Source of the DNA: Candidatus Woesebacteria bacterium RIFCSPHIGHO2_01_FULL_39_32
GTDB taxonomy: Bacteria > Patescibacteriota > Microgenomatia > UBA8517
Direction of reading: 5' to 3'
Assembly (NCBI GenBank): GCA_001792345.1
Contig: MGGJ01000002.1
Coordinates: forward strand, 1-47,243
Length of the DNA stretch: 47,243 nucleotides
The translations under genes and the position numbers were made by a program. Under the pieces are notes generated by a model. It worked only from the letters and a program-made list of their open reading frames with translations. It did no database searches and was not told where the DNA came from. Shown here piece by piece: positions 9,124 to 19,061 of the stretch (positions within the stretch are counted from its first letter, which is position 1; the number at the start of each line of letters is the position of its first letter).

Positions 9124-9768
9124 ATGAAAATTTTAAAAGTAAACACTAATAATCCAGACCAAAAAATTATCGAGTTGACCGTTAGAATTCTAACAAACGG
9201 CGGCCTTATTGTTTATCCGACAGACACAGCCTATGGTTTAGGAGGTAACGCCCTTGACGAGAAAGTTATTAGAAAGGTCTACGAATTAAAAGATCGTGAT
9301 TTTAAAAAGCCAACACACGTAACTGTCCACAACTGGAAAATGATTAATAAATTAACTTTTACTAATGATTTTGCGAAAGAACTTTATGTGACCTTTACGC
9401 CAGGACCACTTACTATTATCTTAAATAAAAAATCAATAGTCCCAGACATGCTTACTGCAGGATTGCCCACGCTTGGGGTACGAATCCCAAAACTCGCGAT
9501 TATAAAAAGAGTTTCAAATTTTGTTGATTTTCCTTTTACAACACCTTCTGCAAATAGGTCCGGTGGAGTAGCTCCTTATTCAATCAGCGACGTCAAAAAA
9601 GAATTAGATATAGAAAAAGTTGATTTGATTCTTGACGCAGGAGAACTGCCGAAAGTTCTTCCATCTACAATAATCGATTTGACTTTGGATCCTCCCAAAA
9701 TTCTCCGCCAAGGACCGATTTCCAGAAATGAAATAGAAAAAGTACTGGGAATTGAAGTGCTGGTTTAA
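9124..9768 (+). CDS. tsaC: Threonylcarbamoyl-AMP synthase (TsaC/YrdC domain)
   Basis: YPTDTAYGLG, LKDR, PGPLTIIL, GVRIP, TPSANRSG, PSTIID. Confidence 0.95.
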   Translation: MKILKVNTNNPDQKIIELTVRILTNGGLIVYPTDTAYGLGGNALDEKVIRKVYELKDRDFKKPTHVTVHNWKMINKLTFTNDFAKELYVTFTPGPLTIILNKKSIVPDMLTAGLPTLGVRIPKLAIIKRVSNFVDFPFTTPSANRSGGVAPYSISDVKKELDIEKVDLILDAGELPKVLPSTIIDLTLDPPKILRQGPISRNEIEKVLGIEVLV

Positions 9769-9810
9769 CTTCTTTTTGAGCTTTGGCCTCGATTCAGATA
9801 TAATTTGCCA

Positions 9811-12057
9811 ATGAGCATGGACAAAACATATAACCACAAGGAATATGAGGAGAAAATATATAAGCTCTGGGAAAAGTCGGGCGCTTTTACTCCAAAGATA
9901 GATCCAAAGAAAAGGCCCTTTACTATTGTTCTTCCTCCTCCAAACGCCAGTGGCAAAATGCACACTGGAAATGTTTTGATGATTGCGACAGAGGACCTTT
10001 TAGTCCGATGGAAAAGAATGCAGGGATACTCGGCTTTATGGCTTCCGGGAACTGATCACGCCGGGTTTGAAACCCAGATTACTTTTGAGAGAAAACTAAA
10101 GGAGGAAGAAAAGTCTCGTTTTGATTTTGACAGACAAACTCTATACAAAAAAATTTGGGATTTTGTTCAAGAGAATAAACATTTAATCGAAGATCAAATT
10201 CGATCGATGGGTGCGAGTGTGGATTGGACCCGTAATAAATTTACTTTAGATCTTGATATTTTAGAGTCAGTAGTTAAAACTTTCAATAAAATGTACGAAG
10301 ACGGTTTAGTCTATAGAGCAGACTATATGGTTAACTACTGTCCAATTTGCGGAACTACCTTTGCGGACCTGGAAGTAAAACACAAAGAAAGAAAAGATCC
10401 GCTCTATTATATAAAGTACGGACCCTTCGTACTTGCTACTGTTAGGCCGGAAACAAAATTTGGCGACACTGCTGTCGCTGTCCACCCTAATGACAAAAGG
10501 TATAAAGGGTATATCGGTAAAGAGATTGAAGTTGATGGGCTTTTAGGAAAATTCAAATTAAAAGTCATCGCGGATAAGTTTGTAGATCCGAAATTTGGAA
10601 CCGGCGTTGTTAAAGTGACACCCGCTCATGATAAAAATGATTATGAGGCTGGCAAAAGACATACCCTCGAAGTAAAACCTGTAATTGGATTAGATGGAAG
10701 GTTAAATGAAAAGGCCGGTAAATATGTAGGCTTAACAATAAGTGAAGCAAGAGAAAAAGTAGTCGAGGATTTAAAAAAATATGGGTTACTTGAAAAAATC
10801 GATGAGAATTATACCCACACTGTTGCAGTCTGCTATAAGGGCGGACATGATATAGAACCAACAATTCTTCCAAACTGGTTCATTAAAGTTGAGTCCTTAA
10901 AAAAACCTGCGCATGATGTTGTTATAAAAGGAAAAGTTAAAATTTATCCAAAATGGCAAGAGGTTAAATATCACCGCTGGATGGAGTCTATGATGGACTG
11001 GCCGATTTCAAGACAAGTGGTATGGGGAATTCGAATTCCAGCATGGTATTCATTTAACGAAAATCCTAACTTACAAATAACATTTCTTAATAAAGACAAA
11101 GTTACTATTACGGGTAGATTGGCGGATTTACTTAAAAATTCTTCTTTAGATGATATTCGAGAAGGGTTACAAACACTTATCGCCCCCGGTGATGCAAAGG
11201 TCGTAATTAGTGATAAAAATCCAGGCAAAGATTACTTACAAGAAACTGACACTTTTGACACTTGGTTTTCTTCAGGACAATGGCCGTTGGTTACTTTAGG
11301 TTATCCCGAATCAAATGATTTCAAATATTTCTATCCTACAGATGTTTTGGAAACAGGTTGGGAAATTTTGAGGCTTTGGGTATCAAGAATGATCATGTTT
11401 GGAATTTATCTGACAGGCAAACCTCCATTTAAAGATGTTTATCTCCATGGAATCGTGAGAGCTCTTGATGGAAGAAAGATGAGCAAAAGCCTTGGTAATG
11501 TAATTAACCCCGAAGAATATCAGGCAGAGTTTGGGACCGACGCCCTACGAATGGGATTGATAAGTGGAACAGCCAACGGGAAAGACTTCAACTTTCCGGC
11601 AGATAAAGTAATCGCTTTTCGAAACTTTGCCAATAAAATCTGGAACATGGCTCGCTTTATGCTTATTATGTTTGATAAATATAAAGAGGATGTTCCGTTC
11701 TATTCTGCTGAACTTGAAAACAAACTAAAGAAAGAGGATAAGGACGTTCTAAAAGAGTTAGAAAATACAATAAAGAAGGTAAATACCTCATTGGAAAAAT
11801 ACCGATTCACAGATGCAGCTGAGTCAATTTATCACTTTATGTGGGATAAGCTGGCTTCAGAGTATTTAGAAGAAACAAAAGATCGTGAGGACAAAGAAGT
11901 TTCGCTTTCTGTATTAAGATATGTGTATTTTAATTCTTTGAAGCTTCTTCATCCATTTATGCCTTTTATTACTGAAGTAATTTGGCAGGAGTTAAAAGAT
12001 TTAAGAAAGTATCCCAATCAACTTTTAATAACTTCTTCCTGGCCAAAGATAAGTTAA
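9811..12057 (+). CDS. valS: Valyl-tRNA synthetase (shortened)
   Basis: PPPN...HTGN (HIGH variant), PGTDHAG, ATVRPET, GTGVVKVTPAHD, DWPISRQ, DTWFSS, KMSKSLGN, LLHPFMPFITE. Confidence 0.96.
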   Translation: MSMDKTYNHKEYEEKIYKLWEKSGAFTPKIDPKKRPFTIVLPPPNASGKMHTGNVLMIATEDLLVRWKRMQGYSALWLPGTDHAGFETQITFERKLKEEEKSRFDFDRQTLYKKIWDFVQENKHLIEDQIRSMGASVDWTRNKFTLDLDILESVVKTFNKMYEDGLVYRADYMVNYCPICGTTFADLEVKHKERKDPLYYIKYGPFVLATVRPETKFGDTAVAVHPNDKRYKGYIGKEIEVDGLLGKFKLKVIADKFVDPKFGTGVVKVTPAHDKNDYEAGKRHTLEVKPVIGLDGRLNEKAGKYVGLTISEAREKVVEDLKKYGLLEKIDENYTHTVAVCYKGGHDIEPTILPNWFIKVESLKKPAHDVVIKGKVKIYPKWQEVKYHRWMESMMDWPISRQVVWGIRIPAWYSFNENPNLQITFLNKDKVTITGRLADLLKNSSLDDIREGLQTLIAPGDAKVVISDKNPGKDYLQETDTFDTWFSSGQWPLVTLGYPESNDFKYFYPTDVLETGWEILRLWVSRMIMFGIYLTGKPPFKDVYLHGIVRALDGRKMSKSLGNVINPEEYQAEFGTDALRMGLISGTANGKDFNFPADKVIAFRNFANKIWNMARFMLIMFDKYKEDVPFYSAELENKLKKEDKDVLKELENTIKKVNTSLEKYRFTDAAESIYHFMWDKLASEYLEETKDREDKEVSLSVLRYVYFNSLKLLHPFMPFITEVIWQELKDLRKYPNQLLITSSWPKIS

Positions 12058-12090
12058 TTAAGTAATTAGGAGATTAAGTTACTAAGATTT
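12050..12090 (+). repeat. Degenerate octamer array at the valS stop
   Basis: TAAGTTAAT TAAGTAAT TAGGAGAT TAAGTTAC TAAGATTT. Confidence 0.5.
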
Positions 12091-12108
12091 GAGATTCGCT
12101 ATCCGATT

Positions 12109-12705
12109 TTATTCCAAGAACTTAAAACTCTCAATTACCTTCTCTACTTGCTCGGGTACTGTACTTATTGAATAGGAATAGTCTCCTTTTGAAAAAATAA
12201 CTACTGAACGCTTTTCTCCTTCTCCTGTGGGCTCAAAATCAAGCCTCGTACCTTCGAAATCATCCACTGTAATTTTGTCTTCTTTAACTAACTTTGCACC
12301 AGATTCAGTTAAAATAGTTTTTGTGCCCTCAACCTCTTCCTCATAAGTTTTACCACTTACTCCGATTGCTACCCCTTTTTCAATCGAGAATTTCGTTTCT
12401 TCAAAACGAATAAAAAATACGTATCCTCCCTGGTCTTTAAACTCCCTCTCATAAAGAAACTTTGGGCGCTCTACCCGAAATCTGAATTCTTCATTTCTGT
12501 ATTCTTCCCATTTAAGATTTGGGGTGGCGGTTGGGTTAATATTGTCTCCAGTTGTCTTTCCAGGAGTTGGACTAACAACAGAGCTTGTTTGTACAAAGTC
12601 CGATTTATTCAAGTAGAGGTAGACCGACAAAAAAGCTAAAGCTAAAAACATTATAAACACTCCCACTTTTAATATGTCGGGTTTTTTTTGACCATGGCTT
12701 TGCAT
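12109..12705 (-). CDS. Membrane-anchored protein with PsbP/Mog1-like extracellular domain
   Basis: N-terminal TM, PT-rich linker, WEEYRNEEFRFRVERP start and VIESFKFL end typical of this fold. Confidence 0.6.
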   Translation of the reverse strand: MQSHGQKKPDILKVGVFIMFLALAFLSVYLYLNKSDFVQTSSVVSPTPGKTTGDNINPTATPNLKWEEYRNEEFRFRVERPKFLYEREFKDQGGYVFFIRFEETKFSIEKGVAIGVSGKTYEEEVEGTKTILTESGAKLVKEDKITVDDFEGTRLDFEPTGEGEKRSVVIFSKGDYSYSISTVPEQVEKVIESFKFLE

Positions 12706-12740
12706 ATATAAATATTATATATAATGAATTAGGAAAAAAA

Positions 12741-13064
12741 ATGAGAAAAACTGTATATATTTTATGCGCCGCCATCATACTTGTTGCACTATCTTTATTT
12801 AATTTATCTTTATATGTTACGAAAGGAAAACCTGAACGAAGTAAAAAGGTTCTTGGTACCGAAACTGCAGTTTATAGAGAAATATATTATTGGAAAGGAC
12901 TTCTCGAAGCTAACCCGCAATATCTTGAAGGATGGCTTGAATTAGCTAAAATAGAATATTCTATTGGAAATTACGAAGAGGCAAAAAATGCAATTAGCAA
13001 AGCTTCCGAAATTAATCCTAATTCTGAAGAGCTTAAAAAGGTAAGAAAGTTGATTAATTTTTGA
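12741..13064 (+). CDS. Small membrane-anchored TPR protein
   Basis: N-terminal TM; WLELAKIEYSIGNYEEAKNAISKASEINPNS TPR. Confidence 0.75.
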   Translation: MRKTVYILCAAIILVALSLFNLSLYVTKGKPERSKKVLGTETAVYREIYYWKGLLEANPQYLEGWLELAKIEYSIGNYEEAKNAISKASEINPNSEELKKVRKLINF

Positions 13065-13754
13065 TTACACACCTTCCTTTTTAGATGCACTTGGGGTTTC
13101 TTCCGCCTGTATTTCTACCTCCCCTTCCCCTGTCGGAGCTTCCCCTTCTACGGCAACTTCCTCTGCCTCAGTGGGTGGTGCTTCAACTTCTTCTTCTTTC
13201 TTCGGAGGTTCAACTTTTACTACAATTTGCTCTGTATCTGCCTTGATTTCAACCTTCTTGGAATCGACAGGAAGGTTCTTTACAAAAACTGTTTGGTCCA
13301 CTTCGGTCAAAGAACTTGCATCTACTTCAAACTTATCGGGAAGGTCTCCAGGTAGTGCTTCGACTTCAATTTCATCAACGTATTGAACAACAGTGCCAAG
13401 GCCTTGTTTTTCTGCGGGCGATTCACCAGTCAATTCAACACGAACTTGGGCTGTAACCTTTTCTTTCAGATCTACCTGAAGTAAATCTGCATGAAGTACC
13501 ACATCTGTAACTGGATCAAGTTGCACATTATGGACAAGAACCGGTTTATGTTTTCCATCTAGCACCAATTCAACTAATCCAGTCTCTCCCACCTCACGGT
13601 AAACCTTCATAAATTCACTAGCATCTACCTGTACAGACTCGGATTTTATTTTCTTACCATATACATTTGCAGGTAAAATTCCCTCTCGACGGAGCTTCTT
13701 AACTTTTCTTCCAGTAACTTTTCTTTTGTCTGCTTTTAATGATAGTTTATTCAT
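13065..13754 (-). CDS. rplY: 50S ribosomal protein L25/Ctc
   Basis: KKLRREGILPANVYG, VQLDPVTDVVLHADL, acidic tail; ATG overlaps upstream stop (ATGA). Confidence 0.95.
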   Translation of the reverse strand: MNKLSLKADKRKVTGRKVKKLRREGILPANVYGKKIKSESVQVDASEFMKVYREVGETGLVELVLDGKHKPVLVHNVQLDPVTDVVLHADLLQVDLKEKVTAQVRVELTGESPAEKQGLGTVVQYVDEIEVEALPGDLPDKFEVDASSLTEVDQTVFVKNLPVDSKKVEIKADTEQIVVKVEPPKKEEEVEAPPTEAEEVAVEGEAPTGEGEVEIQAEETPSASKKEGV

Positions 13755-16288
13755 TTTTCTTTCCAAAAGATACGCGAGACAAAATCTCGCGACAATTCCG
13801 TATTATAGACAAAATTACTCCCATTGGTCAAGGCAAGAGGGGGGGTAGATGTAAAAGTTAAGTTTTCAGGAAACATTATTTCTACTTCCAGGGGATAACC
13901 TTCCATTCCAGCTTGTTTTCGCACTAATAACTTATACTCTCCCCCCTCTTTATAACTAAGCTTTGTGGCGCTTTCCCAAGAGAAAAGCAGTGCTTTAGTT
14001 TTTTTTGCCAGAATTTCTTCAAAAATGCCTGCTTCTTTAAAACTTCTTACGCCGCGAACCTCAAGTGATTTAGACATCTCGGATTCATTAGTAACTATCT
14101 CAACAGGGGAAAAACCGCTTTCAGAAGGAGAAAGCACACGCATATAAAAAGAGTACACATTATTTGAATTGTTCTCTAAAAAAACAAAGAGTTTTCTTTT
14201 AATTAAACCCTCTTCTAAAGATGCCACAAACTTATACTCCCGACTTACTTCTGTACTATTCCCCTCCTTTGTTGACTCAATTAACGAAACGGTATCTGAA
14301 TAACAATTGTTTGAGCACTCTTTATTTACAAGTCCGCCATCCCAACCCAATTCTGCTAGCAGTTCCATTATTTGGTAATTCTTAAGTGAAATCTGAATAT
14401 TTTTTCTTTCAAGCCGCTCTAAAAGAAATTTATTAAGTTTAAATCTGCTGGTGGTGTTCAGGCTTTCTGTATTATTGACAAAATTGGTTAAAAAATTTGT
14501 AACGCTACTTTCTAATTCTCCTGGGTACTCGCCATCGGTCGGTAAGTCCTTTATAGCCTTATTAAAATTTTCTTTTTGGGTACTTTTCGAGATATCCAGA
14601 AGTTGTGACAAAACTACATAATCTAGCGCAATAACTCCATCTACTTTTTCGTCTAATTCCTTATCAATAAACCACTCTATTTGTGAAGAAGTTGTAGTAA
14701 AATCAGGATCCCAGTTCGCATCTCTTAGATACCATGTTTTACTTCCAAAATATTTTTTTAATGGAGATGGTGGATCAACAGTGCCCACCAGGTTTTTGTC
14801 GGCGAACTTTGCTGAAACAACGTTTAAGTCAGTAATTTTCCCATTAGATATTGTAACCAAAACTAAAGATTCAATACGACCTCCGGTTGCTCGCAAAAAC
14901 CTATTATCTTGAATGACTAACGCAAAGCGCGCAGGTTTCTCTTTTCCTAAAATCGGGTCTAAGTTGGAAAATATTTTACTTCCTAAAAGAATTTTTTCGC
15001 GAAAAATTTTTAGATTTTGACTATCAAAAACTATCGTTGAAATCTTTTGAGTTAGTTTATCAGCTTCTTTAATTTCGCTTTCTAAAAAAGCCAATTCTTT
15101 GTACAAAGAATTTAACTCCAGCGAAAAATTTTTATTGTAAGAAGATAAATCATAAGGTTCATTGTTTGTTAATTTTTCCGTGAAGGTAATGAGATTATTA
15201 CTTATGCCTAAAAATTCCTCACCTATTTGGGCTTCTTTCTCTATAATTCTCGCCGACCTTTCTACTCTCAAAAAGGGATATTTAATGTAAGGTGAATTTA
15301 TAAAGATAGAAGTATATTTTCCTGACAATTTTGAGCTGGCAGAAGAAAAATTAAGTGCCCTGTTTGTTAGCGGAAGGTACCCCCACTGAAAAGATTTGTA
15401 AGCAATAAACAAAGATGAGATAGAAAGAGCAAGGAGAAAGAAAGGTAATAATAAAACGCTAGATAGCAACACAAGGAATTTAAGTTTCCAACGCCTAAAA
15501 ATTAGTGCTTTATTTAGCGTAAATTTTGATTTTTTTTCTTCCTGTGTTCGGATCAATAACAACGCATCCTTCTCAAGTAAACCTAAAACTGATCTTATTA
15601 ATTCCCTTTTGTTTTCCTTTACAATTATTCTTTCATCTGCCTCTTGATTTACTAATTTATTATCATCAAAAAGTATTTCTTTCGGGGCATGTATTCTTTT
15701 AAGGAATCTTATTAACTCGCGAGCAGCAACAGGTTTACCAAGTATGGCAGTTTTCTTTCCATAAACTTTCAACGAAAAAAGACTTCTTACTATCTGTTTG
15801 GCGGCTTCTTGGCTAGATATAGGATAGAAAACGTGATGCTTATTAAAATATGCATGGGGTTTATCATCTCTTAAATAACTTAAGATAAATTCTGTAAAAT
15901 AACTAGTTTCTCTATGAAGCGGGGAATCCCCAATAACGTCTCCCAAAAATATAATGCCTTCAAAATTTTTGCTGTTGTAAAGTACTTCTTTTGCTTTAGG
16001 TGAGGTATTAAAGAAAGATTTTTCATTTAGTGTATACGGAAAGACAAATAAAGTTTTTGTGTTAGTTGATAAATTAAGTTTTTTAGTAATAGTTAAATCT
16101 TTTTCCAGCTCTTCGCCATCTGGATCAAAGTAAATAATATAATCAAAAATTTTGCCACTTAATTTCCCGTCCAACTCTTGGACATTTTCAATCAAAGTTA
16201 CATCGCATTCTTTTCTTACCAATAACTTTTTTAACTCGCTTGTTAAACTATTTATATTTGAAACGATGAGAAAGCTTGGAAAGTACAT
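13751..16288 (-). CDS. DUF4012-like membrane protein with degenerate N-terminal domain
   Basis: QDNRFLRATGG, WYLRDANWDPDF, VDGVIALD, YKLLVRKQAG; one TM near aa 270-297. Confidence 0.8.
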   Translation of the reverse strand: MYFPSFLIVSNINSLTSELKKLLVRKECDVTLIENVQELDGKLSGKIFDYIIYFDPDGEELEKDLTITKKLNLSTNTKTLFVFPYTLNEKSFFNTSPKAKEVLYNSKNFEGIIFLGDVIGDSPLHRETSYFTEFILSYLRDDKPHAYFNKHHVFYPISSQEAAKQIVRSLFSLKVYGKKTAILGKPVAARELIRFLKRIHAPKEILFDDNKLVNQEADERIIVKENKRELIRSVLGLLEKDALLLIRTQEEKKSKFTLNKALIFRRWKLKFLVLLSSVLLLPFFLLALSISSLFIAYKSFQWGYLPLTNRALNFSSASSKLSGKYTSIFINSPYIKYPFLRVERSARIIEKEAQIGEEFLGISNNLITFTEKLTNNEPYDLSSYNKNFSLELNSLYKELAFLESEIKEADKLTQKISTIVFDSQNLKIFREKILLGSKIFSNLDPILGKEKPARFALVIQDNRFLRATGGRIESLVLVTISNGKITDLNVVSAKFADKNLVGTVDPPSPLKKYFGSKTWYLRDANWDPDFTTTSSQIEWFIDKELDEKVDGVIALDYVVLSQLLDISKSTQKENFNKAIKDLPTDGEYPGELESSVTNFLTNFVNNTESLNTTSRFKLNKFLLERLERKNIQISLKNYQIMELLAELGWDGGLVNKECSNNCYSDTVSLIESTKEGNSTEVSREYKFVASLEEGLIKRKLFVFLENNSNNVYSFYMRVLSPSESGFSPVEIVTNESEMSKSLEVRGVRSFKEAGIFEEILAKKTKALLFSWESATKLSYKEGGEYKLLVRKQAGMEGYPLEVEIMFPENLTFTSTPPLALTNGSNFVYNTELSRDFVSRIFWKEK
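13802..13831 (-). promoter_or_regulatory. Internal promoter for rplY within the DUF4012-like gene
   Basis: Minus strand TTGACC, 18 bp, TATAAT; hairpin CGCGAGA/TCTCGCG (13773-13791) just downstream. Confidence 0.55.
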
Positions 16289-16430
16289 AAAAGGAATTTA
16301 AGAAACTCATTATCATTTTACACATTTTGTAGCAAAAGATAATTTACTAAGTGTACTTTAATTGATAAAAGAGGTTTTAGATGGATTTTTTCAAGTGGCC
16401 GTTGGCCAGTAACTTTATCGTGACGTGAAA

Positions 16431-16856
16431 TTAGACAAGGTTTTCATCGAGTTTTAAGTTGACTAATTTATCGGCTAACCTATTTTCTTCTCTCCCAACT
16501 GAAAGGTAAACCAATTCTACTTCACTTAGTGTTGATGTTAAATTTTCCACCCTTTTAACAAGAGGTTTTAGATTCTCGCTTTTTACTTTGTACAATTTAG
16601 TAAGCTGCCTTACAACCAACTGGGAGTCTAATAAAAACAATACATTCTTTTCCTTCAATTTTTCTTTATTATTTTTAAGCCACTCAAGTGCAATGATCAG
16701 AGCACGATATTCTGCCTCGTTATTTGTTGAAATGCCTAAAAATTTTGAGTCTTTATAAATTACCTTTCCATCCGCAACAACTACAAAGGCTGCAGCTGCG
16801 GGGCCAGGATTTCCCCTCGCCCCGCCATCTGTATAGATTTTTACGGAATTATTCAT
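16431..16856 (-). CDS. rnhA: Ribonuclease HI family protein
   Basis: YTDGGARGNPGPA, TNNEAEYRAL, DSQLVV, REENRLADKL. Confidence 0.92.
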   Translation of the reverse strand: MNNSVKIYTDGGARGNPGPAAAAFVVVADGKVIYKDSKFLGISTNNEAEYRALIIALEWLKNNKEKLKEKNVLFLLDSQLVVRQLTKLYKVKSENLKPLVKRVENLTSTLSEVELVYLSVGREENRLADKLVNLKLDENLV

Positions 16857-16898
16857 AGAAAGGCTTTGACTTTAGGCTAATAATAATATTTTGAGAAA

Positions 16899-17429
16899 TT
16901 ATTTTTTGGAGCTGACAATAAGATACCGATCTTTTCCTTCCCCCACAGATTCGGTATTGATTTCAGAATCCTCCGACAAAGTAAGATGAATTATTCTTCT
17001 TTGGGCAGAACTTAAATTATATAGATGTTGAGGTTCCCCAGTGTCCTTTGCTCGCTCGGCCACTTGTGTTGCAAGTTTTTTAAGCCTTTCTTCTTCTTTC
17101 TCACGCCAATCAGATATGTTGACAATTATTCTTACCCACTCATTCAATTTGTTTCGCGCCATTATTCCGATTAGCGACTGGATTGACTGCAAAGTTCTAC
17201 CTCTGTTGCCGATGAGTAGTCCTGCTTCGTCTTTCGCATCTATGTCGATACGAATTGCTTCATTTTCGGTATCTTCGTAAACAGAGGCTTGTGCTTTTAG
17301 CCCCATCAAAGTAAGAAGTTCGTCTATAATGCTTTTTACAACAGTTGTCTTGTCGATACCGACCGATTCTTCTTTTTCTTTTTTTCCGCCAAAGGCCGAT
17401 CGCCCTTTGGTTGACTCTCTAGTTGTCAT
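16899..17429 (-). CDS. jag: Jag/KhpB-like RNA-binding protein (KH + R3H), short form
   Basis: GLLIGNRGRTLQSIQ (KH), QRRIIHLTL (R3H), ESVGEGKDR; downstream of yidC. Confidence 0.9.
   Translation of the reverse strand: MTTRESTKGRSAFGGKKEKEESVGIDKTTVVKSIIDELLTLMGLKAQASVYEDTENEAIRIDIDAKDEAGLLIGNRGRTLQSIQSLIGIMARNKLNEWVRIIVNISDWREKEEERLKKLATQVAERAKDTGEPQHLYNLSSAQRRIIHLTLSEDSEINTESVGEGKDRYLIVSSKK
17385..17414. repeat. Palindromic element within the jag 5' coding region
   Basis: CCAAAGG-C-CGATCG-C-CCTTTGG, read as STKGRSAFGG on the minus strand. Confidence 0.6.
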
Positions 17430-17434
17430 AATTT

Positions 17435-18253
17435 TTATCTTTCCGATTTTACCAATTTTGTTTTTTCAATCCAAGGAGTAAGTTCTCCCCATCCTTGCAT
17501 TCTCACCTGTTGATATGCTTGTGTCAACGAAAAGACCAGCCAATAAAGAGCTAGTCCTGACGCAAACTGCAAGCCAATAAAAAGAGTAAATAGTGGAAAT
17601 GTATAAACCATAGATTTCTGCATTGCAACTTGAAAGTCATCCGTTGCTTCCTTGGTCTTTTTTGCAATTTTTTCTTCTATCTTTGTATACGGAGTCATAA
17701 CTTTTGCGGAAACAAATTGAACGAGTGCTGCAAGAATTAGTATCGGACCAGGAATGGAAAACGGTAAAAATTCTAATTTAAATGAATCGGGTTTGGTTAT
17801 ATCCAAATACAAAAACTTAGTATTGATTACCTCATCTTGTTCAAATTTTAATGGAGTGTACAGAAGTTCATTAAATCGTAAGGCTGGATTTCCGTCCGGA
17901 GAAAGTACTCGAGTAAATACGTTAAAAAAAGCAATAAGCACAACTATTTGCAAAAGATAAGGTAAACAACCTGCACCGGGATTTATTCCTCTCTCTTTAT
18001 ATAGATCAGCTTGAGCTTGAGCAAATTTGACTCGATCTCCTTTGTGTCGAATTTTCAGTTTTTCAAGCTGCGGTCCCAGATCTTTCATCCTCTTCATAGA
18101 TTTCATGTATGGAGCCGTAAGAGGATTTAAAATAAACCTCAAAAAAAGGCTAAATCCGATAATAGCAAGTCCTAAATTCGATGCTAATAATCTGTAAAAA
18201 AGAATCAGACCATTAGCTAAAGGTTGTAGTAAGATAACGGTAAAAATATTCAT
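17435..18253 (-). CDS. yidC: Membrane protein insertase YidC (short form)
   Basis: LGLAII...LRFILNPL, NPGAGCLPYLLQ, GLALYW; gene order. Confidence 0.95.
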   Translation of the reverse strand: MNIFTVILLQPLANGLILFYRLLASNLGLAIIGFSLFLRFILNPLTAPYMKSMKRMKDLGPQLEKLKIRHKGDRVKFAQAQADLYKERGINPGAGCLPYLLQIVVLIAFFNVFTRVLSPDGNPALRFNELLYTPLKFEQDEVINTKFLYLDITKPDSFKLEFLPFSIPGPILILAALVQFVSAKVMTPYTKIEEKIAKKTKEATDDFQVAMQKSMVYTFPLFTLFIGLQFASGLALYWLVFSLTQAYQQVRMQGWGELTPWIEKTKLVKSER

Positions 18254-18259
18254 AAGTCT

Positions 18260-18481
18260 TTACGGTACTGGATCATATAGACCTTTTGTAAAAGGGTGAC
18301 AACGTCCAAATCTTTTGATTGATAGGATTCCACCTTTCCATACTCCATATTGTTTAATAGATTCCGCCGCATACTCGCTGCAAGTTGGAACAAATTTACA
18401 ACCCCCCCCAAAAACCCTTTCAAGTAGGGGAGATATGAATTTTTTGTAGAAAGACAAGAAAAGTATAGCAAGCTCCTTCAT
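18260..18481 (-). CDS. yidD: Membrane protein insertion efficiency factor YidD
   Basis: CKFVPTCSEY, RFGRCHPF, YDPVP. Confidence 0.95.
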   Translation of the reverse strand: MKELAILFLSFYKKFISPLLERVFGGGCKFVPTCSEYAAESIKQYGVWKGGILSIKRFGRCHPFTKGLYDPVP

Positions 18482-18825
18482 AAATTTAAGTTCAAGCGAG
18501 AAAAAAAGTTTCCAACTTCTTCTATTATTTCTTCTGTTGTTTTGCCTCCAATGCTCCTTTTTGTTAAAAAAACAAAGTCATATCCTTTTGGTATATCTCT
18601 CAAATTCCTCCTAATTCCCTCATTCATAGAGCGCTTAATTCTATTTCTATGTACTGCGAGTTTCGAAATTTTAGTTGAAATTACAAAAGCAAATTTCGAA
18701 GGATCATTGTCATCTCTTTTGAGAATTGCCAGGCCAAAATTATCGCTTTGTATAATCCTACCACTGTTTTTGACTTCCTCAATCCTTTTGCTTCCAAAGA
18801 TACGGTTTTCGTTAGCCAACATCAT
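18478..18825 (-). CDS. rnpA: Ribonuclease P protein component
   Basis: FAFVISTKISKLAVHRNRIKR; position after rpmH. Confidence 0.93.
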   Translation of the reverse strand: MMLANENRIFGSKRIEEVKNSGRIIQSDNFGLAILKRDDNDPSKFAFVISTKISKLAVHRNRIKRSMNEGIRRNLRDIPKGYDFVFLTKRSIGGKTTEEIIEEVGNFFSRLNLNL

Positions 18826-18829
18826 ATTC

Positions 18830-18964
18830 TCAAGAAATAATCTTTCGTCCCTTTTTCATTCTTCTTTTAAGGACTAATCTTCCCTTCGAATAGGCCATTC
18901 TTTTTCTGAAACCGTGCCTTTTGACTTTTCTACTCTTGCTTGGTTGTAAAGTTCTTTTAGGCAT
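18830..18964 (-). CDS. rpmH: 50S ribosomal protein L34
   Basis: MPKRTLQPSKSRKVKRHGFRKRM...GRLVLKRRMKKGR; true start at 18964. Confidence 0.95.
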   Translation of the reverse strand: MPKRTLQPSKSRKVKRHGFRKRMAYSKGRLVLKRRMKKGRKIIS

Positions 18965-19045
18965 GACAGTAAAGATTATATAACATGTAGAAGCTTTTTT
19001 GTTAATCAGTAGTAATTGATTCGGTATTTTTAGGGGTTGACGGAT

Positions 19046-19054
19046 TGTGGATAA
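19046..19054 (-). promoter_or_regulatory. DnaA box in the dnaA promoter region
   Basis: TGTGGATAA (TTATCCACA on minus), just after a TTGACG hexamer. Confidence 0.75.
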
Positions 19055-19061
19055 CTTTGAT

